A stretch of 64,000 bases of DNA from Octopus bimaculoides. Its lineage: Eukaryota. Below are positions 24,508 to 34,810 of the stretch, piece after piece; position 1 is the stretch's first letter; every line of letters begins with the position of its first letter. The position numbers were made by a program, and so were the translations under genes. Below the pieces are notes generated by a model. That model saw only the letters and a list, made by a program, of their open reading frames with translations. It was not told the DNA's origin and did not search any database. The stretch is taken from NCBI RefSeq assembly GCF_001194135.2, contig NC_068990.1, forward strand, positions 70,959,031-71,023,030. The letters are read 5' to 3'.

Positions 24508-25318
24508 NNNNNNNNNNNNNNNNNNNNNNNNNNNNNNNNNNNNNNNNNNNNNNNNNNNNNNNNNNNNNNNNNNNNNNNNNNNNNNNNNNNNNNNNNNNNN
24601 NNNNNNNNNNNNNNNNNNNNNNNNNNNNNNNNNNNNNNNNNNNNNNNNNNNNNNNNNNNNNNNNNNNNNNNNNNNNNNNNNNNNNNNNNNNNNNNNNNNN
24701 NNNNNNNNNNNNNNNNNNNNNNNNNNNNNNNNNNNNNNNNNNNNNNNNNNNNNNNNNNNNNNNNNNNNNNNNNNNNNNNNNNNNNNNNNNNNNNNNNNNN
24801 NNNNNNNNNNNNNNNNNNNNNNNNNNNNNNNNNNNNNNNNNNNNNNNNNNNNNNNNNNNNNNNNNNNNNNNNNNNNNNNNNNNNNNNNNNNNNNNNNNNN
24901 NNNNNNNNNNNNNNNNNNNNNNNNNNNNNNNNNNNNNNNNNNNNNNNNNNNNNNNNNNNNNNNNNNNNNNNNNNNNNNNNNNNNNNNNNNNNNNNNNNNN
25001 NNNNNNNNNNNNNNNNNNNNNNNNNNNNNNNNNNNNNNNNNNNNNNNNNNNNNNNNNNNNNNNNNNNNNNNNNNNNNNNNNNNNNNNNNNNNNNNNNNNN
25101 NNNNNNNNNNNNNNNNNNNNNNNNNNNNNNNNNNNNNNNNNNNNNNNNNNNNNNNNNNNNNNNNNNNNNNNNNNNNNNNNNNNNNNNNNNNNNNNNNNNN
25201 NNNNNNNNNNNNNNNNNNNNNNNNNNNNNNNNNNNNNNNNNNNNNNNNNNNNNNNNNNNNNNNNNNNNNNNNNNNNNNNNNNNNNNNNNNNNNNNNNNNN
25301 NNNNNNNNNNNNNNNNNN

Positions 25319-25354
<36 letters not shown>

Positions 25355-25389
25355 TGTGTGTGTGTATGTATGTATATGTATGTATGTAT

Positions 25390-25710
25390 GCATGGTTCAG
25401 TGGTTATAGCTTTGAGCTTACAATTGTGAGGTTGTGAGTTCGATTCCCAGGTCAGGCTGCATGTTGTGTTCTTGAGCAAGACACTTTATTTCATTTTGCT
25501 CCTCCAGTTCACTCAGCCATAGAAATGAGTTGCAAGCTGTATTGGCCTCTGCCTTTCTCTTGGATAACATCGGTGGCATGGAGAGGGGAGGCTGGTATGC
25601 ATAGGTGACTGCTGGTCTTCCATAAACAATCTTGTCCGGACTTGTGCCTTGGAGGGTAACTTTCTAGGTGTCGTCCCATGGTCATTTATGACCAAAGGAG
25701 TCACCTCTAT
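25390..25710 (+). mobile_element. tRNA-derived SINE (third family)
   Basis: A-box tggttcagtgg, B-box gttcgattccc and a CORE-like ttgagcaagacactt segment. Confidence 0.7.
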
Positions 25711-25949
25711 ATGTGCATACACACACACACATATTGTTAATTCCTGAAAAGTTTTGTGCTTTAATCCAAAATGGAGGCAAACACCATTCCTCCATGTATA
25801 TGGCTTGAAAAATTGTTAGGATATTAGGATATTAACATGAAATCAATGATACCCTAATACACAAATAAAGAAATTTTATCCACCAATGCAGTGTTGAACA
25901 TTCATCCTTACTATTTGACATTTATGTATAGGTGTATATATATATATAT

Positions 25950-26410
25950 ATATTGTGCGTGAGAAGACCCGGCAAGCCAAGTAAGATCATTGCCAGTGCC
26001 CCTGGACTGGCTCTTGTGCGGGTGGCACATGAGATGCACCATTTTGAGCGTGGCCGTTGCCAGTACCGCCTGACTGGCTCCCGTAGGATTTTCGAGTGAG
26101 ATCGTTGCCAGTGCCCCTGGACTGGCTTGTGCGGGTGGCACATAAANNNNNNNNNNNNNNNNNNNNNNNNNNNNNNNNNNNNCACATAAAAGACACCATT
26201 TCGAGCGTGGCCGTTTTCGTGCGGGTGACACGTAAAAGCACCCACTACACTCTCTGAGTGGTTGGCGTTAGGAAGGGCATCCAGCTGTAGAAACTCTGCC
26301 AAATTAGATTGGAGCCTGGTGTTGCCATCCGGTTTCACCAGTCCTCAGTCAAATCGTCCAACCCATGCTAGCATGGAAAGCGGACGTTAAACGATGATGA
26401 TGATGATGAT
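25950..26410 (+). mobile_element. RTE 3' UTR fragment with (GAT)n tail
   Basis: Homologous to 15900-16640. Confidence 0.85.
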
Positions 26411-26437
26411 ACGCATGCACACACCCAGAACTACACT

Positions 26438-27845
26438 AATAGCTTAGGGTTCCTCGGTTTAATTGTTATGTTTTCATTATTCTGTGTAATGTCCTTTCTT
26501 TTTTATTTCAGATTCTTCAGTTTTTGGATGAACCACACTAATAGATCATCAAGACATTTTCTTTTCAGAAAATGAAGGGTAATGATACATATCAAGCATA
26601 CATTAAGTATATATTTAACAGAAAACCATAATAATATAACATTTTTTGACATAATGAATTATTTAGTCACATGAGTGCCATTTCAATGGATAACTTCAAA
26701 AACCCTATTAGTCATGGAATCTGCCAATTTCTTAATAGTAGCCGGTTGGACTGCCTCTGCTGCAGCTTTTATGTTCATCCATAAGACATCTTACGATGTA
26801 AATTGGCATCCATTGGTATAAACATCTTGTTTAATTAATGATGGACCAAAGATTTTTCATAGGGTTGAGATCCAGAGATCCTGGTAGCTACACCATCAAC
26901 CTTTCATCTTGTATGCCATATGACCCTAGCAATGTTTGGGCGGATGTTTGGGCGGTCTTAGCAGACTGGAAGGGAGTGTCGTCATGCATGAGTATGAGAT
27001 TCCTAGCCAGGGATCAAAGACCTCCTTCAGAATATTGCAGTAGATGGTTGTGGTCACTTTAACCCCTTCAGGCACCCTGACTGGGCCAACAAGTCTATCC
27101 CCAATGATACCAGTCCACAACATGACTCCATCACTCTGTTGTTGATGTCATAAACATTGGTGATGCTCATCTCCACAACAGACCCAACCACTTGCCCAAC
27201 CGTCAGGTCTGTCAAGGGTCACTCTGATTTCATCAGTGAACAGACCACAACTCATGTCTAATGTCATGTACTTTTGGGCCCATTGAAGCCTCAAACTCTT
27301 GTGACAGGGTGTTAAAGGAGGCAGTTTCATGGGTTTCTCAGGGTCCTGAGGATGCGCTTTCTGGTAGTTTTCAGAACATGAAGAAGTCTGGAGGTGGTGA
27401 AAATGGCTTTGCTTGTTTGTCCAGATTTCCCATATAACTTGCAGCCAATATTCCTTAAATCCCTAGCTGTCACAGTCTTGGAGGTCACACAATCGAATCA
27501 TTTCTTCCTTGGTCCTTCAGGAATCATCAAACCATGTCGACATGATGACCTAATTTCTCCACAATGATATGAAGAGAGGTGCCTTTAGTCCTTTCCTTGA
27601 TGATGACAGACTTTTCTTCATCATTAAGGCTTCTCCCACATCCCATTGTTCTTAGAGAGTAGAGAGGCTATTAATGTGGTTCACCCAAAAACTGAAGAAT
27701 CTGAAATAAAAAAGAAGGAACATTACACAGAATAATGAAAACATAACAATGGTGTTGCCATAGTGTGCAAATCAGCTGGGAAAAGTTTTATCAAAATCGA
27801 TTCTCAGAAAACCAAGAGTTCCTAAATTTTACTCCTAAGCTATTA
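26438..27845 (-). mobile_element. Tc1-like transposon of DD37E (TRT) type, decayed, with long TIRs
   Basis: FTDEIRVTLDRPDGWASGW and MHD-(41 aa including a 12-bp duplication, so 37)-K(E)NLWSII. Inverted termini at 26438-26545 versus 27665-27845. Confidence 0.8.
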
Positions 27846-27856
27846 GCATGATCCTG

Positions 27857-27890
<34 letters not shown>

Positions 27891-27902
27891 AACATACATA
27901 CT

Positions 27903-27941
<39 letters not shown>

Positions 27942-28142
27942 ATGTGTGAGTGTGTATGTGGTGGTGTATGTGTTTACCCCAGAAAGACTCTGAAGCATTG
28001 CATCCTTGAGAGAAACAAATTTAGTTTTCAAAGTCTATGTCCCAAAGAAAAAGTTGTCCATAAATTATAATAGAAAACATATAATTTGCTACAAGAAATA
28101 ACAACTTTTATCTTTCACCACCAATATATCTCTCTATATATA

Positions 28143-28764
28143 TCAGGTCATCCCATAAGTTCTGTCCGACTTTACCTTTTTAAAAATTGAATGAAATTTA
28201 ATAGCATTTTAGAATGTCTAATGGAATTAATTATCTTTATGCATTTGTGTATATTTAAACTAATTAAATATTATTTTACACAATAATAGAATTCAAATTT
28301 TAATTTGATTAAAACCCTTTCTAACATGAAAGTATCCAAAGAGCATTTAAGGTACATAATACTTTATGAGTACAAAAAAGGAAACTCAGCGGCCGAAGTG
28401 ACTCAAAACATACACTCAGTTTATGGGAAAGAATGCTTGAATGAAAGAACTTGCAGAAGATAGTTTGCAAAATTCAGAAGTGAAGATTTCAGCCTTGAAG
28501 ATGAAGATTGAACAGGACGTCCAGTTCAGTTTGATGATAAGCTCCTTGAGGCATTACTTAAAGAAAATCCTGCATTATCAGTTGAAGAATTGGAAATAAA
28601 GCTTAGTTCAAACCATACAACTTAGAAAGTTTCCTAAACTTGGAAAATGAGTGCCTCATGAATTGTCCGAAAGCAACCGCAAATACTGAATTGACACCTG
28701 CTCTTCTCTCCATTCTCGCTAACTCATTTCACCATTTTTGGATAGACTTGTGACTGGTGATGAA
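28143..28764 (+). mobile_element. mariner transposon 5' half, running into an N gap
   Basis: MKVSKEHLRYIILYEYKKGNSAAEVTQNIHSVYGKECLNERTCRR*, then WVPHEL-like and DRLVTGDE motifs. Confidence 0.85.
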
Positions 28765-29206
28765 NNNNNNNNNNNNNNNNNNNNNNNNNNNNNNNNNNNN
28801 NNNNNNNNNNNNNNNNNNNNNNNNNNNNNNNNNNNNNNNNNNNNNNNNNNNNNNNNNNNNNNNNNNNNNNNNNNNNNNNNNNNNNNNNNNNNNNNNNNNN
28901 NNNNNNNNNNNNNNNNNNNNNNNNNNNNNNNNNNNNNNNNNNNNNNNNNNNNNNNNNNNNNNNNNNNNNNNNNNNNNNNNNNNNNNNNNNNNNNNNNNNN
29001 NNNNNNNNNNNNNNNNNNNNNNNNNNNNNNNNNNNNNNNNNNNNNNNNNNNNNNNNNNNNNNNNNNNNNNNNNNNNNNNNNNNNNNNNNNNNNNNNNNNN
29101 NNNNNNNNNNNNNNNNNNNNNNNNNNNNNNNNNNNNNNNNNNNNNNNNNNNNNNNNNNNNNNNNNNNNNNNNNNNNNNNNNNNNNNNNNNNNNNNNNNNN
29201 NNNNNN

Positions 29207-29247
<41 letters not shown>

Positions 29248-29499
29248 TATATATATATACATATATGCATATGTACAAAATATGTACAACAAAAAATTAC
29301 GAAATATGAGTACATGGAATTTGAACTATTTTTTCGAACAACGAAAGGCAGATATGGAAAACAAGACAAACAACGACTCTTCATCAGTTGTTGGGTGTTT
29401 TTCTACTCTCATATTTTGAGCGTTTAACAGCAATATACACTTTCGATAAAACAGTTACTCCTGCAAAGCAAATTAAATAAAATTTGGGGTTTTGTGGAA

Positions 29500-30530
29500 G
29501 GTCAAAGCTGGTAACACAAACAGAACAGTGAAAACAAACAGGAAGGGCTGCTAAGCTTGAACAAGGTTGTGGTGGCAGACGTGTAAATCAAGCTTGGACA
29601 GGAGACAGACAAGAACACATCTTCCTTGATCCAACTACAACAGAGAGAAAGAAAGAAATACAAGTTGGGAGAAGAAGGCATGTGGGACAGTTTCACTGTC
29701 CCACCCGCACCTCGGGCATGTTGGTGGGACAGTATACCATGTCTCAACAGCCTCTCTTGAACAGGTAAGATAGATCAGTAAAAAAACCAGGCCAGGGATT
29801 TCTGGTGATTATCCAGATACCCCAGCCCAAAAGTCCTTCCGAACAGGTTGATCAACTGATTTTCATTGAAGTCCAGAGTCTCCCCTAGGGCATCATCTGG
29901 CATATACTCTACCAGCCCGGTATAGAAATCCACAGTGGAACTCCTGCTGCCAGTATTGCCCACCCAGGAGAGTAGCATGAGTGCCTGTCAGCACTCTTTC
30001 TGCCATTCACCCAGCTTGGGCCTACGCTTGATCCAAGGACCTAAATCCCAAAATGAGGTCAGTTGAGGCAGAAAAATCTTCACAAGCGGTGGCCACACCT
30101 GCTCCCATCCAGGTAAAGCCAGAGGTGCTAAGCTTTAGCACAAATTTGCACATTTTCAGCCACGGCATCCCTAGGCCACTCTTTAACGGTTTTTAGCAGC
30201 AGATAGAATGCCTCACAAGTGGAAGAGGAGTCGCTCTAACTTGTTCTGCCACAAACCAGGGCAAGGCATGATGGTCAGGCAGTAGTTGATAACAGATGCT
30301 ATGAACATCTGCACCACCTCTGCCCTTCTTAACAGTGATAATGCCTTTCCAGACCAGATTTGGGTTAGGGCACTCCACTTATTCTCTATCTGGAGTTCTG
30401 GACCAAACCAGACCCCTAGCATCTTAACCGGACTTTCCATCCAATGCCCCATGACATTATTGAACTTGCCCCTCCAGGTGCCGAGTTGCAAGCCGACTGA
30501 CTTGTCTTGGTTAATTTTTGCTCCTGCCAG
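29500..30530 (-). mobile_element. L1/Tx1-clade LINE, RT C-terminal fragment
   Basis: GAKINQDKSVGLQLGTWRG, VKMLGVWFG, LSLLRRAEV and KLERLLFHL. Confidence 0.8.
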
Positions 30531-31110
30531 CACTTTGTATATATATCTAGATATATACATGATTTAAAATTACAGAATAATAATTGTACATTATCTTGGT
30601 CTATTATAGATGAGGCCACACCATACAATATGATTATGGGCAGATGTAGAATGTGCATAAAAGAATCATACATTATCCTTCGCATGTATACTTTCACTGG
30701 TTCAAATAAGTTTTGTGACACTATTTATTTGTGCAACCATAGATACTACTTGACTTTCTTGAGACGATTTAAATCTGAATCCACTTAGCAATAACCCTAG
30801 TAATTTCTGTTGCACAACTAAACATCCTACCATTATAACAATATATCGCCAATACAAATATAAATTTTAAGAAATATACAAATATAATTTTACTCCCATC
30901 AGCCCTCATAAAGACTCTGTTATTTGCATAGCTATATCCGTTCTTCTATAAAAGCAGCCAATAATCTCATACCTTCATAAAGAACTGAACGCATATCTAG
31001 CATAAACAACACTTTTTTCCTGATGAAGGAGACATTCTTTGAAAATAAATCTTAGGATTCATTTGTTATTTGGATGAATGAACTCCAGAAACTATCGTTG
31101 GAATACTTTA
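30525..31110 (+). mobile_element. Penelope-like element 3' end (GIY-YIG C-terminus plus 3' UTR)
   Basis: SRYIHDLKLQNNNCTLSWSIIDEATPYNMIMGRCRMCIKESYIIL matches the LSxYIWxLK..I.WSII..A.PY....RC.LC..EK pattern. Confidence 0.8.
31014..31103 (+). ncRNA. Degenerate minimal hammerhead ribozyme with long loop II
   Basis: tttc-CTGATGA-aGGAG-(51 nt)-CTCCa-GAAA-C-tatc-G-TT-ggaa, located in the PLE 3' UTR. Confidence 0.5.
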
Positions 31111-32648
31111 TTTCCTTGTAACATTTAACTCAAAACTCTTTTTAATTTAAAAAAAATGGTTTTTATCTATATTCCATTATTATCTTAATCTATATTCTAT
31201 TTAAGTCAGCTAACATTTTTTCAACTACAACTTTAGTCTTTATGCTCTCCAACACCATTGACTACTCACCAATGCATGAAGCTATTTCTGAAAAAAAGGA
31301 GACATAAAAAAAATCCTCATATTTATCCCAAACATTCTGTATGTGTTTGTGTGTGTGTGTGTAATTTGCATCCACACCCTCCTTTAGACATGTTAGAGTA
31401 AAAGCAGTCGTTGTTTTTATGTTCCAACAGGAAGACATTACAGAAACGATGTTTTAAACTGTTCCAGCCTAACCAGTTAGTTGTTGCCAAGTATTTAATC
31501 AATTTGATGCAGAAACTGCATATAAAATGAAATAAAAACAAATAGGATATGAATTGTTTAAGTATCGAAATAAGTCAGACACAAACCATATTGTCTGTGT
31601 TAGATATAGATGTTCAGTAGATACTAGAAGTAGGTGTCTTGTGACTAATTTTTGTTTTGATGCAGAGAATTAACCCTTTTGTTACCATAGTTCTATTGAA
31701 ATTACTTTTTTTTTTTAAATTAATGAAGAATTTAATTAGATAACTTTGTCATTAGCAAACTAGTGCTTGAGGTATGGTATGAAATTTTCATGGAAAGTTT
31801 TAACTGAGATGACTTTAAAACAGGAAGTTTTTATCATAAAACCAGAGACAATATCAATGAAGCTGGTATCAAATTGATTAAACAACTAAGACATTTTAAA
31901 TATTATTATAGAGTTTTACATCAAACTAGGGTGGACAGATTCATGTTTTGTCTGTTATATTGTTGTGTGTGAGTTTTAAACCATTTCTAGAACTAAAATG
32001 TGTAGAAATGTGCAAAATGGTTCAGCATTGGTTGCAACAATGAGATTTCACTTGTTTGCTCAACTGATTCATTTGTTCATTGGATTAGCTAAATGTTCTA
32101 TGGATCCATGTACACTTAACCTTTTTTTTTAGACAGAATCAGTGTATGACAAAGCCATACCTTTGAATTATATTTACAATCAATCTAATGAGCTTTGATA
32201 TAGTTTTCATCAACCTACTTTCACTCACAAGGTTTTCTTTGACCCAGGTAAAAACACTTGCCAAAGATGCTACTCAGGGGGATTAAACCCCCAATCTCAT
32301 GATTGCAAAATGAACTTTTTGGCTATTTGCCTATATTGCATCCATTCTAAGGAATGAACCTCTGAGGTAAAACAGGAAAAGACCTTGCTTCTAAGTCATC
32401 ATATAAAATAGTTGACAAGGAGGACACAGAACTCTCCAATAATATATTTATTCATTCTCAACATCATCATCATCATCATCATCGTTTAACGTCCGCTTTC
32501 CATGCTAGCATGGGTTGGACCTGACAAATTAAAATGGTAAATATCTGATTGCTGACATCTTTATTTTTTGTCATCAGGTAGCATCTTCTCCCTTTAGACA
32601 ATGTGTGTTCATAATATATGTGATTCACCACTGTTTGAGGAGTTTTGA

Positions 32649-32880
32649 GACACTAGTGCTTCAGCCATATTGTGTGTCTCCTCAGTCAAAAGCTATCCCC
32701 AAATCAATGAACCAGATGAGTCTAAGCTCTTGTTTAAAGGAATCAGCAAACAAATTCTTTGCTGAAGCAAACTTGTTTGTTGATTTCTATAAAGAGACCT
32801 GTACTCTGGTTAGATTCATTGATCCAGTGGAGTACCTTTGACTGAGGAGACACACAATAAGGTTGAAACACAGTGGTGTC
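32649..32880. repeat. ~230-bp fold-back / palindromic MITE-like element
   Basis: Outer arms attgtgtgtctcctcagtcaaa / tttgactgaggagacacacaat. Inner arms atcaatgaa/ttcattgat and aatcagcaaacaa/ttgtttgttgatt. Confidence 0.85.
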
Positions 32881-33329
32881 CCAAATTTCCATTATAAAAG
32901 TGAATCACATGTTGTTTCAATAGACATCATCTAAAGGGAGGAGATGTTTTCAAATGATGAAAATAACAGCAATCAAGTTATTCTTGTTTGAATCTGCCAG
33001 AACATATTGAGAATGAATAGATATGTTATCATATAAAATAGGGTATAGATTAAAGACAGTATTTGAGATAAGAAAATTTATGAGTTGCTGAATTACCTGG
33101 CATTGCATAGGTTACTGCTGTTCTTATTCAGATTAGTAAACAATAAATATGAAGATATACTTTTTTTATCATCATCATTTCAAAATATCTATATTTTATT
33201 AAAAAAAATATTTAAAAATATCCAAATTGTAATGATAATAGAATTTAGAATTGAAAACCCGTCAATCTTGAAGCACCTCAGGGTAAACAATATTCATTGT
33301 GTAATTTTTTGTTGGTATTGAATTGAATA

Positions 33330-33850
33330 AACTGTTGCTGCTTCCAACTCATGAGCAACTATGGGAGAAGCATGTAGTAGAGAGATGAAGTCCAACTACC
33401 TTGACGGATTGGCCCTGAGATCTGTTAATTGAAATACCAAAACTTAGTTTGACTGGAAACTGAAGCCTCTTAAATTCAAGTAGGACATCTGTAGGCATAA
33501 GAGGAAATTTTGGAAAAGTCATTTTTTTCTTTGTGACTACCTGTTATAATTGTTGCCTGTAGGACATGGAAATAACAATTATGTGAGTTCCATTACACAG
33601 GCAAGGTGGGTCAAGATTCCTAAGCAACATAATGGGAGCATCCAGCTTTAGTGTCAAGTTATGCGGTGGCATCCCAGTGGATTTAAGTGTGTTCAGAAAT
33701 TCAACAGTGTATTGAACAGCCTAATTTTGATTGACTATTGTGTGAATTGATGGAAAAGTAATTTCTGATGTGTCTGTTAACTTTTGAAGTTCATGATTGA
33801 GCTTATCAACCACTTCATTAGTTGGAGTCAGTATAGCTCTTTCACATAGC
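33330..33850 (-). mobile_element. Helitron PIF1-like helicase C-terminal fragment (pseudogenised)
   Basis: LCERAILTPTNEVVDKLN, EFLNTLKSTGMPPHNLTLKLDAPIMLLRNLDPPCLCNGT and FKRLQFPVKLSFGISINRSQGQS. Confidence 0.9.
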
Positions 33851-33859
33851 TTACATCAG

Positions 33860-34810
33860 TGTAATTGACAATCACACATACACTGACACAGACATACACT
33901 CTCACATACACTCACATGCATATAGTAAGACAGACATACATTTACACAACAAATGTTCAAACACACACACACTCACAGACACACACACACTCATACAAAA
34001 TGCATCATCGTCGTCGTCGTGGTATAAAATGTCCTTTATTATGTCATTGTATGTAATGAACATGCAAACACACACACACACTCACAGACACATATACACT
34101 CATGTACAAAATGTGTGGTGGTTGTGGTGGTGGTGGCATAAAATGTCCTTTGCTACGTTGTACATAATGAACACACAAACACACACACACACACTGAAAA
34201 ACACATACACACTCATATACAAAATGTACACACTCATATACAAAAGGTGGCAAGCTGGCAGAAACATTAGCATGCCGGGCGAAATGCTTAGCGGTATTTC
34301 GTCTGCCACTACGTTCTGAGTTCAAATTCCGCTGGGGTCGACTTTGCCTTTCATCCTTTCGGGGTCGATTAAGTAAGTACTAGTTGCGCACTGGGGTCGA
34401 TATAATCGACTTAATCTATTTGTCTGTCCTTGTTTGTCCCTTCTGTGTGTAGCCCCTTGTGGGTAGTAAAGAAATGTGTCATCGTTGTTGTCATGGTATA
34501 AAATGTCCTTTACTATCTTGTACATAATGAATGAACAAACACACACACACACTCAGACACATACACACTCATCTACAAAATGTATCATGGTGGTGGTGGT
34601 GGTATAAAATACCCTTTACTATGTTGTACATAACAAATGCGCAAATAGACACACACTGACAGACACATACACACTCATATACAAAATATGTCATCGTCAT
34701 CATGGTATAAAATGTCCTTTACTATGTTGTACATAAAAAATGTGCAAGCACACTCATATACAAAATGTGATGTTGTCATCATCATTGTGGTATAAAATGT
34801 CCTTTACTTC
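33860..34810 (+). repeat. Compound minisatellite (~105-115-bp units) interrupted by a SINE
   Basis: The anchor ggtataaaatgtccttt recurs near 34021, 34135, 34495, 34601, 34704 and 34789. Confidence 0.85.
34245..34475 (+). mobile_element. Young tRNA-derived SINE with Meta/MESC-like core
   Basis: gctggcagaaacattagc ... gagttcaaattcc (B-box) ... gcctttcatcctttcggggtcgat. CpG-rich. Confidence 0.85.

Noticed and set aside
29370-29400. CTGATGA hammerhead core on the minus strand in PLE-UTR-like sequence
   Set aside because: I found no matching stem II plus GAAA element downstream in this copy.
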